64,000 nt of DNA from a virus, in IMG/VR virus record IMGVR_UViG_3300030060_006882, positions 1-64,000 of that record. One strand, written 5' to 3'. Below the pieces are notes generated by a model. The model was not told the DNA's origin. It searched no databases and was given only the letters and a program-made list of their open reading frames with translations. Made by a program: the position numbers and the translations under genes. This document shows positions 55,609-64,000 of this stretch, piece after piece. Each line of letters opens with the position of its first letter. Positions within the stretch are counted from its first letter, which is position 1.

Positions 55609-56306
55609 GAAACTCCGATATTAGATCCTACGGTAGAAGTAAAAGAGCTACTACTCTCTAAAGCAATCCAATAATTCAAATCTAGATTTTTATTACTAAA
55701 TTGACTCACGATTTTTTCCGCGAATGAAACATCATAATTTCCGGGAATAATTCTAAGATTATCAATCTTAAAATCAAAATTAAATACGTTACCACTTTCG
55801 TTATAACCAATATCAATTGAATACGTGTTACTGGTATTGTTCTTGATATCAGAAAGAATAGCAACAATTGAACTACCATCAGTAGAACAGATAGAAAGAT
55901 CACTGAGATTCAGAACAGCAGCAGCTTTCTTCAGTTCACCAAATGCTTCTTCTGTAAGTTCGATGCTCACAACAGACTCAGGCATCTTTACGTCCTTAGT
56001 AGGAACCGTAAGAAGAGATGGCTCTGAGTAAAAATACTTCACAGTAGATCCATTTGATCCTGTAATATCTACGTACTTATCCTTGAAATCAAAGTCTGGA
56101 TCGTCAAACAGTGATACTGTTCCCAGAAAACTAGTAAGATCCCAAAGACCAAACTCTACAGGGAAGGATTCAGTTACAGTTGCAGATGACATCACGTTCT
56201 TTGCTGGTGTTAGAGTCTTCAGCAGACTACCTTTACTAATAAGGATGTTTGAATTCAGATCTCTAAAATTCTTCAAAATTGATAGAGTATTCTTCGAAAT
56301 TTTCAT
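55605..56306 (-). CDS. gp45: Sliding clamp (gp45)
   Basis: MKIS..TL.ILKNF...NSNI, FP.EFG.WDL..FL, K..NL...PGNY.V, YWIALE. Confidence 0.93.
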   Translation of the reverse strand: MKISKNTLSILKNFRDLNSNILISKGSLLKTLTPAKNVMSSATVTESFPVEFGLWDLTSFLGTVSLFDDPDFDFKDKYVDITGSNGSTVKYFYSEPSLLTVPTKDVKMPESVVSIELTEEAFGELKKAAAVLNLSDLSICSTDGSSIVAILSDIKNNTSNTYSIDIGYNESGNVFNFDFKIDNLRIIPGNYDVSFAEKIVSQFSNKNLDLNYWIALESSSSFTSTVGSNIGVS

Positions 56307-56309
56307 TAA

Positions 56310-56507
56310 TCACTCCAGTTCGGTGTCTTCTAATTCATTCATTATATCAAGATATTTGTCTTCGTCAATAGAAGAACTAGTATAATTATTCAATATTGTT
56401 TTCGTTTGATGTCTATGGTTTTTATGTTCTCTTTTATTTTGAGAACGGTGTGCTTTAGATTCTAACCTGTCATCAAATTTCAATTTTCGTTTTTTCTTAA
56501 AAGCCAT
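56310..56507 (-). CDS. Small protein, basic N-terminus and acidic C-terminus
   Basis: Fills the gap before gp45 with tight spacing. Confidence 0.55.
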   Translation of the reverse strand: MAFKKKRKLKFDDRLESKAHRSQNKREHKNHRHQTKTILNNYTSSSIDEDKYLDIMNELEDTELE

Positions 56508-56515
56508 TATTTATA

Positions 56516-56830
56516 TTAGATCTCAATCCAATGATTTCCATTGTCATCACTAATCCTTTTATAAGTTATTCCATTAGTTGTATCAAACCACTCATCTCCT
56601 GCTTTTGCATATACAGGAGCCGTGGCACTCTCGTAAAAAACCTGATTTCTAGCTAAAGAAATCCAACCAACTGATTCTCTAAGAATTGGAGATTTTCCAA
56701 CTATAGTCTTAGATGCTATAAAAGTTTCACCATCTAGGTACACCACATCATTCTTCTTGTACACTTTAGGAGTGCCAACTGAAGTTCTTGATTTGAATTC
56801 ACCTAAGATGTTTAACTCTGTTATCTTCAT
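56516..56830 (-). CDS. Small virion-type protein with CBM-like and fibre-type segments
   Basis: YKKNDVVYLDGETFIA; SATAP....GDEWFDTTNG..Y.....G.HWIE; TATAAATA upstream. Confidence 0.6.
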   Translation of the reverse strand: MKITELNILGEFKSRTSVGTPKVYKKNDVVYLDGETFIASKTIVGKSPILRESVGWISLARNQVFYESATAPVYAKAGDEWFDTTNGITYKRISDDNGNHWIEI

Positions 56831-57543
56831 GAAAGTACTCTAAGTAATATAGTATTTATATTAAATCTTCCTGTACATTTCTTTTTCTTAGTCTTAATCT
56901 TGTTTAATTGATTTTCAGAGAAAGCCACGGTTCCACTTGTCAATGTTGCGATGAATGACATACCTCTTCTGCCTACTCTAGCACAATAAGATTTTTCTGT
57001 ATTAAAATCTGAGAGGGTAGTACCTTTCACTGAAAATTTTGTATCAGTTTCATAGTAATACAGATCACCTGTTTTTGTATTATAGGCAAGAAAGGATTTT
57101 ACTGAAAATAATTGTGATGGATCAAACGAGGAGATATTTCCATTCGGTGTTTTTTCCATATACTGAAACTTTTTCAGCATTTGCTCTGGAGTCTTTTTCT
57201 TCTTTTTTCTGGTAATAGTACAGTACGAAACTGTATCAGTGTAAATAGAATCAACAAATTCTCTAAGTTTTTTAATTTTAGTACTACTCAGATAAGAATA
57301 TCCCTCAGTCAACTCAGGATCCTTGTCAACAATAACCATATCTAATTCGTCTCTAAAAGCTAGACTAGATTCGATTATTGGTTTGCAATCCGCTCTTTTA
57401 GGTTTTTGTACACGTAAGTACTTTAAAAAACTTCTCTTTTTATTATACTCGTTTGTAGTTAAATTTTCAATAAATTCATCAATCCAAGATTCAACATAAC
57501 ATGACAGTTCTTCTGATACTTTAGTTATTTTTGTGCTTGACAT
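56827..57543 (-). CDS. Conserved T4-like hypothetical protein
   Basis: L.EGYSYL, YNTKT..L..Y, SVKGTTL..F, GRFN..TILLRV. Confidence 0.75.
   Translation of the reverse strand: MSSTKITKVSEELSCYVESWIDEFIENLTTNEYNKKRSFLKYLRVQKPKRADCKPIIESSLAFRDELDMVIVDKDPELTEGYSYLSSTKIKKLREFVDSIYTDTVSYCTITRKKKKKTPEQMLKKFQYMEKTPNGNISSFDPSQLFSVKSFLAYNTKTGDLYYYETDTKFSVKGTTLSDFNTEKSYCARVGRRGMSFIATLTSGTVAFSENQLNKIKTKKKKCTGRFNINTILLRVLS
56853..56860 (-). promoter_or_regulatory. T4-type late promoter TATAAATA
   Basis: Exact consensus 22 nt upstream of ATG 56830. Confidence 0.55.
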
Positions 57544-59123
57544 TATTGTTTCCTAAAAACATAAATTGGTTCATACTTCAAATATCTTCCGTTTATACTA
57601 CAGAAGTTTTTACATTTTGGTTTTCCATCTTCACCAATTCGATTCTGACCGGGCATCCCTTCCAATGCCATCTTTAACTTATCTATAAAAATAAGACCAT
57701 TAGATTCAAGTATCTTAACAGAATCATCCTCCAATGTCAAGTAAGAACCTTTTATTAAAATATCAGCAATATTCCACAGTAAATATCCCCCAGGTCTAAG
57801 CCACTCACAGCAGGTATTCAGCGTCGGTAAAAGGAATCCATCACGCCAGGATTCGTATGACGAACCATATTTCTTGTAACTCTGCGCCTCATCTTCACTA
57901 TACGCTTCTCTATTGAAGTAAGGAGGAGAAGTAAACACCAAATCCACAGAACCCTTATGATTTGCAAAATCTTCATTTTGATGAATTACCTCCGAACCTA
58001 ACTGGTAGATTTCGTATGTATTCGTTTCTGAGAAGAAGGAGTTTCCTCTGTAGGTTTTTGTGTTATAAAAATCTGCAACATTAGAATACCTAGACGTTCC
58101 ATCAGAGAAGAAATTATCAGGATTGGGGTCAGTACCAATATAGTGAATAGAACGGTCATCCCTGCAAGACATAGCGCCCAAGATTCTACCAGCCCACCCA
58201 CTAGAAGGGTCGTAAATTTTAATCGTTCTATTCTCTGTAATATGTTTTGTATATCTTTCATACAGATACTTTGCTGTTGCTGGTGGAAAATTAACCGCTG
58301 GTTGTATATAACCGATTCTAAATGCTTTAAATCCAGAAGGAAATATCTTCCTTCCTTTCTTATACATTCTAATAGAATATAATCTATCACTAGACATATT
58401 ATTTATATCAAATGTAGAATGGTGTCTATACTTCAACCATCCCTTATCACGAAACCCCAATACCTGGTCTGAAGTTAGCTGTAAAATTTCGCTCTGTTCT
58501 AATTGAAAATATCCAGAATTCAAACCATCTCTAATTTTAACTTCTTCAAGAAAGAAATCATATCCAACAAACATAGTTTTATTTTGAAAAAATGCCTCTA
58601 TCCATTCAACACCAGTAGAGACTTCTACTATAGAATATTTCTTACTGTTCTTGATTGTGGAAAGAGCATGGGAATAAAAGGAATCTCTTCTAAAGTGTCT
58701 TGCTGCTCCCTTACAGACCTTATCAAGATAATTAGGATTTGCCACAAGATCATAAATTGAATATCCATTATCTTTATCTGAATAGTTTATACGAGTCTTG
58801 AACATGTTATCAAAAAACTGATCAACCTCAGACCCCATTCTAGACTTATTAAGAATAACATCATCACTTCCATCAGACAGTTCATCTGTATGAACAAAAG
58901 TATGAACAGGAAATGATTCTAGTAAATTCCAGTTTTCTATAATTTTGTATTCGTCTTTACCAGTCCTAGGAGGACAATTATTAGTATCCCAAGAATACTT
59001 GATCACATCTCTCATTTCTTCCACCCACTCATTAAAAGAGTCGAGATTCATTTCTAAGAGATCTTCAAAATTAACATTAATCTTATGATTTATTACGTAA
59101 TCGTTTCTTTGATAAAATTTCAT
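57543..59123 (-). CDS. DNA amino-methyltransferase (SPPY, m4C/m6A type) with long N-terminal extension
   Basis: AVNFPP.TAKYLYE, motif I IYDPSSGWAGR, motif IV FTSPPYF..E.Y, L.PGG.L.WNIAD. Confidence 0.85.
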   Translation of the reverse strand: MKFYQRNDYVINHKINVNFEDLLEMNLDSFNEWVEEMRDVIKYSWDTNNCPPRTGKDEYKIIENWNLLESFPVHTFVHTDELSDGSDDVILNKSRMGSEVDQFFDNMFKTRINYSDKDNGYSIYDLVANPNYLDKVCKGAARHFRRDSFYSHALSTIKNSKKYSIVEVSTGVEWIEAFFQNKTMFVGYDFFLEEVKIRDGLNSGYFQLEQSEILQLTSDQVLGFRDKGWLKYRHHSTFDINNMSSDRLYSIRMYKKGRKIFPSGFKAFRIGYIQPAVNFPPATAKYLYERYTKHITENRTIKIYDPSSGWAGRILGAMSCRDDRSIHYIGTDPNPDNFFSDGTSRYSNVADFYNTKTYRGNSFFSETNTYEIYQLGSEVIHQNEDFANHKGSVDLVFTSPPYFNREAYSEDEAQSYKKYGSSYESWRDGFLLPTLNTCCEWLRPGGYLLWNIADILIKGSYLTLEDDSVKILESNGLIFIDKLKMALEGMPGQNRIGEDGKPKCKNFCSINGRYLKYEPIYVFRKQ

Positions 59124-59890
59124 GATCCCACATTCCAGAACAAAGCACCTTTATTTGCATATTTTTTCATAAATTCCCAAGCCTTTGCATCATATGTTAT
59201 TGCGGAGGGGAATGGTGGTTTGACTTTTGCGGGTTTGTTGAATGGAATTTCACATTTGTATGTTTTTGCACGTCCGTAGTCTCCAGCGTGTCCCACAGTA
59301 ACACAATGAAAGGCTGCGTCCCTCCACGTCCTCTGTAGTCCTCGTGTGAGGGTTCCAGAGGATCCGACTGTCCATACTTCACTCGGAACCACACCAATAT
59401 CACTAGAAACACGAGCGATGCTAGCGATAACAGTATCATCATCAAATCCGATAGGAAGAAGTCTACGACGTTTTGGATCTTCTGCAACATAGTCCCTAGC
59501 CCTTTTTTCTGTAACGGATAACATTCCGTTTGGAACCCAGTGCATTATAGCACCTTCTTCTATGGCACGCAACTGATAATCATGAAGTTTATCCATAGAT
59601 CGCTTTGCCATAAAAATTACTGATTTTTTACCATATTTGGCGCACATACAAGAAAGAGAAATCTGTGCGTACCCAGTTGCCGGCGAACTCCCATATACCC
59701 ATTCTTCTACCTCCGGATTAGAACTAATTAAATAATCTGCAAATCTCATCTTAGATCCACCGCCCAACATGTCATCACGAACAATTAAAAAGCCCTCATG
59801 TTCTTCTATGACTGGTTTTGGATAAGGATCAATCCAATCTTTGATTATATTAGAATAATCATCATCTGTTAATTCAAATAAATTAGACAT
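59120..59890 (-). CDS. PLP-dependent enzyme, fold type II (ACC deaminase/cysteine desulfhydrase-like)
   Basis: VRDDMLGGGSKMR (PLP Lys), VGSSGTLTRGL, TYDAKAW, LFWNVG. Confidence 0.8.
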   Translation of the reverse strand: MSNLFELTDDDYSNIIKDWIDPYPKPVIEEHEGFLIVRDDMLGGGSKMRFADYLISSNPEVEEWVYGSSPATGYAQISLSCMCAKYGKKSVIFMAKRSMDKLHDYQLRAIEEGAIMHWVPNGMLSVTEKRARDYVAEDPKRRRLLPIGFDDDTVIASIARVSSDIGVVPSEVWTVGSSGTLTRGLQRTWRDAAFHCVTVGHAGDYGRAKTYKCEIPFNKPAKVKPPFPSAITYDAKAWEFMKKYANKGALFWNVGS

Positions 59891-60231
59891 TACTTATAAA
59901 TTTCCGCATGTCCTTCTTCTAGTAACATATCATTTAGACTTCTGTTATCAACGTAAATCTCACCTAGATATCTACCATACTTACCACGTTCTTTACCTGT
60001 TCTAACAACAACTTCAGATCCAACAGGAATTTTTTCCTCAACAAACTTCTTTGCCTTCAATCCATCTTCTCTTTCTTCTCCACGAGTTTCCCAAGCATCA
60101 ACACCATAGAATCTAATACGTTCTTTTCTTATAATATTAAATCCACAATCTACTAGAAGATCCACCGTATCACCATCTACTATTTTAGTTACGGTTGCTT
60201 TATAGACATACTGAGGTTTCATTTCTTTCAT
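59890..60231 (-). CDS. Thermonuclease (SNase-like)
   Basis: KIVDGDTVD, RIRFYGVDA.E, GKYGRYLG, LLEEGHA. Confidence 0.9.
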   Translation of the reverse strand: MKEMKPQYVYKATVTKIVDGDTVDLLVDCGFNIIRKERIRFYGVDAWETRGEEREDGLKAKKFVEEKIPVGSEVVVRTGKERGKYGRYLGEIYVDNRSLNDMLLEEGHAEIYK

Positions 60232-60233
60232 TA

Positions 60234-61949
60234 CTATTTCATCCTACTAAAATTGTTTGTTTTTGTGAAGTTTATTGATTTTTTAAATTTATCTGTTAAT
60301 TGTTCACCTTTGTGTGTAATAACAAATATATTATTATTTTTAGATAAATCTCTAAGAACCTTTGTTAGATCATCGACTCCGACACCATCCAGAGAAGAGT
60401 CAAAAATCTCATCTAATATTAATATATTACAACTTGCACTATTCTTCAGCTTTGCTATTTCTCTCCAAGTTAAAAGAATCGCTAGATCTATTCTAGATTT
60501 TTCACCTTCACTAAAATTCATATAACTAAACTTATCTCTATGCCTACTTTTAATTACTTCGTTAAATTCTTCATCCAAAGTAAAAGTAACAAAGAAATTC
60601 ATTCGATCTAGATATTTGTTTATCAATTTATTCATAATAGGCAAATAATTCTTTATGATCTTCGACTTAATACCAGAGTCTTTTAGAAGAACTAGTAGAA
60701 TCTCATAACAGCTCTTTTTTTCTCGTAGTTCTGATAGATCTAATTCGGTGTTTCTTATGTCATTCTCGTATGAATTTATATTTTCTTGAGATTCTTTTAT
60801 ACTAGCAGTGAAATCATTTATGGAATCAATGTCTTGTTGCAGTGATGTCATATATTTTTTTGCTGCAGATAGAGAGTTAGACTTTTCTGTTACACTAAAT
60901 TTTATTTCATTCATTTGTTCTATAGAATTCATCTTATTGGAAGAGTCACTATTTAGAACTTGTGTATTATCAACCAATTCTGAAATGGCTTTTGTTACTT
61001 CTTCATGTTTTTCTGATAAAGAATCGACTTTATCTTTCTTAAAATCCTCTGTTATGGTTTGCATACAGACTGGACATGACTCATTTTTAGTAAAGAAATC
61101 TATATCTTTTATTAAATCTTTTTCTTTTGATTTTAGTTGAAAACTTAGTTTTTCTATCTTAGACACTTTTCGCTGTATCTCTTCATTCTCTTCTATTACA
61201 TCGGGAAGAGTTTTAATTTGAGTATTCATCTCATCAATATCATTTTCCAATTCCTGTATCTTGGAAGCAATCTCTTCTATCTTTTTAGAATTATTTGATA
61301 CGTTTTTTTCTTTCTTTTCTAAAAGATTCTTTATATTCTCAGATTGAATTGAAATCTTTTCTTTGAATATTTCAATTTTATGATTCAAACCAGATATAGA
61401 TTCTTTTATTGCTGATAGTTTTGCCTTTATAATAACATTCATAGAACTGAATATGTTAATGTCTAATATGTCTTCTATTACATCACGACGATCATTGGCA
61501 CTAAGCTGCATAAATGGGATAAAGGAAGAGCTACCTAGAGTTACGATCTGAGTGAATGATTTATAGTTCATTTTCAGTATCTGATCCTCTAGTAATTTTT
61601 GATAATCTTTTGCTTTTGCTTCCTGTGACAGTAATACATCATCTTTATAAATTTCAAATGTTTTAGGAGCAAGTCCTCTAACGACTTTATAACGAGTAGA
61701 AGAAATAGTGAAGTAAACCTCAACAATACAGTTTTTCTTATTAATTGTGTTTACTAACTGAGGAATGTTTATTTTTCTGAATGGTTTTCCAAACAAACCA
61801 AAAGTAATAGAATCCAATAAAGCATATGACTTACCGTGTCCATTAGACCCAGTAACCAAAGTCATATCACTCTCAGAAAATTCAATTTCCGTAAAGTAAT
61901 TTCCAAACGAACCAAAATTTTTAAATCTCACCTTCTCAAACTTTATCAT
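60234..61949 (-). CDS. gp46: Recombination ATPase, Rad50/SbcC-like (gp46)
   Basis: GSNGHGKS, CPVC hook, FSEGEKSRIDLA, LILDEIFDSSLD, VITH. Confidence 0.95.
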   Translation of the reverse strand: MIKFEKVRFKNFGSFGNYFTEIEFSESDMTLVTGSNGHGKSYALLDSITFGLFGKPFRKINIPQLVNTINKKNCIVEVYFTISSTRYKVVRGLAPKTFEIYKDDVLLSQEAKAKDYQKLLEDQILKMNYKSFTQIVTLGSSSFIPFMQLSANDRRDVIEDILDINIFSSMNVIIKAKLSAIKESISGLNHKIEIFKEKISIQSENIKNLLEKKEKNVSNNSKKIEEIASKIQELENDIDEMNTQIKTLPDVIEENEEIQRKVSKIEKLSFQLKSKEKDLIKDIDFFTKNESCPVCMQTITEDFKKDKVDSLSEKHEEVTKAISELVDNTQVLNSDSSNKMNSIEQMNEIKFSVTEKSNSLSAAKKYMTSLQQDIDSINDFTASIKESQENINSYENDIRNTELDLSELREKKSCYEILLVLLKDSGIKSKIIKNYLPIMNKLINKYLDRMNFFVTFTLDEEFNEVIKSRHRDKFSYMNFSEGEKSRIDLAILLTWREIAKLKNSASCNILILDEIFDSSLDGVGVDDLTKVLRDLSKNNNIFVITHKGEQLTDKFKKSINFTKTNNFSRMK

Positions 61950-62706
61950 CAGATCTCTTTTTTGCAATAATAGTCTTCAATGGAGAACCGTCGACCATAG
62001 ACTTAAATTTTGTATGTTCGTTCTTTTTTTCCCTTTCTTTTTCTTCTCTTTCTTTTCGTTTTCTTTTTCTTGCTTTATATAAAGGCTCAGGTTCATCGGG
62101 TGTTTCTGTTCCATCTAATAATTTAGTAACATTTCTTTTGTTCTTTCCGCAATTACACCCCATATCCTTTTCTCCTTTAGTTTCTGGTGTGGTATTGGAT
62201 TCTAAATTTTTGTTAATATCAATATTAGTAAATCCATACTTGTTTTCTCTAGATCCTAATACAATTTCTTCCGATTCAGATATTTCTCTTTTTGCTCGGA
62301 TAGTTACTATGTTATATTTTCTATTATATTCAACATCAGCATTACTTTCTAAACTTTGCTTATATGCAAAAAAATTACCTGTAGGCAGAATCAGTGGATG
62401 TCCTAGCTCGTGAAATACTTCATGTGCCGTAGGGTAAACTAGGCATTTAGATAGTAAAACCGGATCATTTAATTTAGTCTTATCAACTAAATCTTCAACA
62501 GTAGTTCTTACTACAAGAACAGGAGATTCTTCTATTATATCACCAGATCCATAACTTCTATCTGCATACACACCGCATCCAGTTTTGTCACATTTTATTG
62601 TAGTATCAGGTAAAGAAAATTTAGAATAATAAGACTTGTCACCAGTACTAATTAAATCCTTACCCAAAGAATAATCTATCCAAGTTTGTTTTATATCTTC
62701 ACTCAT
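61936..62706 (-). CDS. SET-domain-like protein with degenerate catalytic motifs and basic C-terminal extension
   Basis: GCGVYADRSY.SGDIIEESP, G....YKQS..SNA, IRAKREI...EEI. Confidence 0.65.
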   Translation of the reverse strand: MSEDIKQTWIDYSLGKDLISTGDKSYYSKFSLPDTTIKCDKTGCGVYADRSYGSGDIIEESPVLVVRTTVEDLVDKTKLNDPVLLSKCLVYPTAHEVFHELGHPLILPTGNFFAYKQSLESNADVEYNRKYNIVTIRAKREISESEEIVLGSRENKYGFTNIDINKNLESNTTPETKGEKDMGCNCGKNKRNVTKLLDGTETPDEPEPLYKARKRKRKEREEKEREKKNEHTKFKSMVDGSPLKTIIAKKRSDDKV

Positions 62707-63737
62707 GAATTTAAAGCCTCTATGTAAATATCACTAATCAACTTTTTCAGTTTTAACTTGTCCAATTCATCATCAAATGATTCAATTTCTTCATTTATTA
62801 TTGTAATAGTATCTTTACTTAGGTCAACATTTTCTTTCTCAGTTTCGTCTGTTGACGTGTCTTCTATTACAGTAAAATCAAAAGGTTCAGCTCTGTCTAT
62901 ATTTAGAACGATTGATTCTGATTTTTTCTTAGAAGTATTTGAATTTATAATCAACTTCACATATTTATTTTTAAGTTCAGAATAGTTAAAATTTTCATCA
63001 ACATCTTCTGTTGAAATAACATAAAAAATCTGATCTATATTTTCAATAAAATCTATGTCTCTTGTTTCAGTATCAAGAACACTAAATCCTTTCTGTGTTC
63101 CAGAATCTGCATATGTCATTTCATACTGTGTTCCCAAATAGTTCACATTATTTTTTTGTGATCTTAAATGGAAATGTCCAGACAGAACTGTCTCGAATCT
63201 ACTAAAAATCTTATCTGACATCCCATCTTTAAAATTTACCCCAGATAAAACCTGATGTCCACTCAACTCAAAGTGTCCAGCCACTATTGGACATTTACAG
63301 TTTTTTATATAATCTAAAACTTCAGACTCATTTTCGCTACATATCCAGGGAACTAGCCCTATACAAAGACCATCATGCTCAAATGTATATGGAACATTGT
63401 GCAAATGAAAATTAGAATAATCGGAGAACAGCTCATTTGCAGAATTTATCTCATTAGTATTTCTATAATACATGTCATGATTCCCCACAATCATATGAAA
63501 TTCAATACCCATTTCTGTGAGAGGTTCTATAAATCTTTTTTTGACTTTGTTGAGCGTATGAATATTTACATACTTTCTCCTATCAAGTAGATCACCCAAG
63601 TGAAAAATAGTTTTTATATCATTGTCTTTAATGTAAGGAAAGAACTGAGTTTCAAAAAAATCTAAAAAATGATTTAGAAAAAAAGAAGAATCATTTCTAA
63701 TCCCAAAATGGGTATCATTTATCAACGCTATTTTCAT
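62703..63737 (-). CDS. gp47: Recombination nuclease, Mre11/SbcD-like (gp47)
   Basis: DTHFG.RND, HLGDLLDRRK, VGNHD, SGHFH, YLG.QYE.T. Confidence 0.95.
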   Translation of the reverse strand: MKIALINDTHFGIRNDSSFFLNHFLDFFETQFFPYIKDNDIKTIFHLGDLLDRRKYVNIHTLNKVKKRFIEPLTEMGIEFHMIVGNHDMYYRNTNEINSANELFSDYSNFHLHNVPYTFEHDGLCIGLVPWICSENESEVLDYIKNCKCPIVAGHFELSGHQVLSGVNFKDGMSDKIFSRFETVLSGHFHLRSQKNNVNYLGTQYEMTYADSGTQKGFSVLDTETRDIDFIENIDQIFYVISTEDVDENFNYSELKNKYVKLIINSNTSKKKSESIVLNIDRAEPFDFTVIEDTSTDETEKENVDLSKDTITIINEEIESFDDELDKLKLKKLISDIYIEALNS

Positions 63738-63999
63738 TTACTTTTCTTTTCTTTTTTTTAGGAGTAAACTTTGCTATATCGTTCTTAGACAAAGAAAAGA
63801 AATCAGCTAAACCGTCATCATTCTCTTCCTTTTCCGTATTTGAAAAGTTATTACTGAACCATCTACGAACACTACCTTCATGATCAAGGTGATCGATCAT
63901 CTTGTACTTAATATAATTTTGTTTCTTTTCTTTATCTATTCTTCTGATAAAGGCATAGTAAGTAATTTGTGTAAAGTAAGAAAATGGATTTTTTGATTT
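63715..63999 (-). CDS. gp55: Late sigma factor gp55, C-terminal part (runs off the window)
   Basis: Reading upstream of the tracked ORF gives KSKNPFSYFTQITYYAFIRRIDKEKKQ, the gp55 signature; gp55-gp47 synteny. Confidence 0.92.
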   Translation of the reverse strand, partial: KSKNPFSYFTQITYYAFIRRIDKEKKQNYIKYKMIDHLDHEGSVRRWFSNNFSNTEKEENDDGLADFFSLSKNDIAKFTPKKKKRKVNENSVDK

Positions 64000-64000
64000 A

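Noticed and set aside
56508..56515. TATAAATA as promoter for ORF 56310-56507
   Set aside because: It abuts the ATG, so transcription would start inside the gene; it could serve gp45 or be chance in AT-rich DNA.
1..64000. Stop-codon reassignment
   Set aside because: Core genes are full length in the standard code and end in TAA, TAG and TGA.

Overview
64 kb of an AT-rich T4-like myovirus genome. The minus strand carries the T4 replication core in near-canonical order: gp55 (partial), gp47, gp46, gp45, gp44, gp62, regA, gp43, uvsX, gp41, gp61. It also carries thyX, dUTPase and a B12-dependent class II RNR. Between regA and gp43 lies a ~22 kb insert. This holds 22 glycan genes (NeuB-cupin, NeuA, a eukaryote-type GT29 sialyltransferase, GT10/GT11/GT25/GT32/GT2/GT4-like transferases, amino-deoxysugar enzymes, five methyltransferase-like genes) followed by a late-promoter operon for a collagen-like protein, a tail fibre and a Gly-rich protein. 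The left end encodes a 3658-aa protein with a trypsin-like triad, six Ig-like repeats and two copies of a beta-helix-type module. A porin and a small membrane protein resemble, from recall only, Phycisphaerae (Planctomycetota) proteins and hint at the host. The most unusual non-coding signal is a ~210-nt unit with its own predicted promoter and terminator (18329-18554, minus). It displays 21 nt complementary to the 3' end of 16S rRNA, and a second hairpin-flanked element sharing the same 12-nt core lies at 19467-19600. No tRNA, rRNA gene or CRISPR array was seen. Family calls rest on motif recognition, not database searches.
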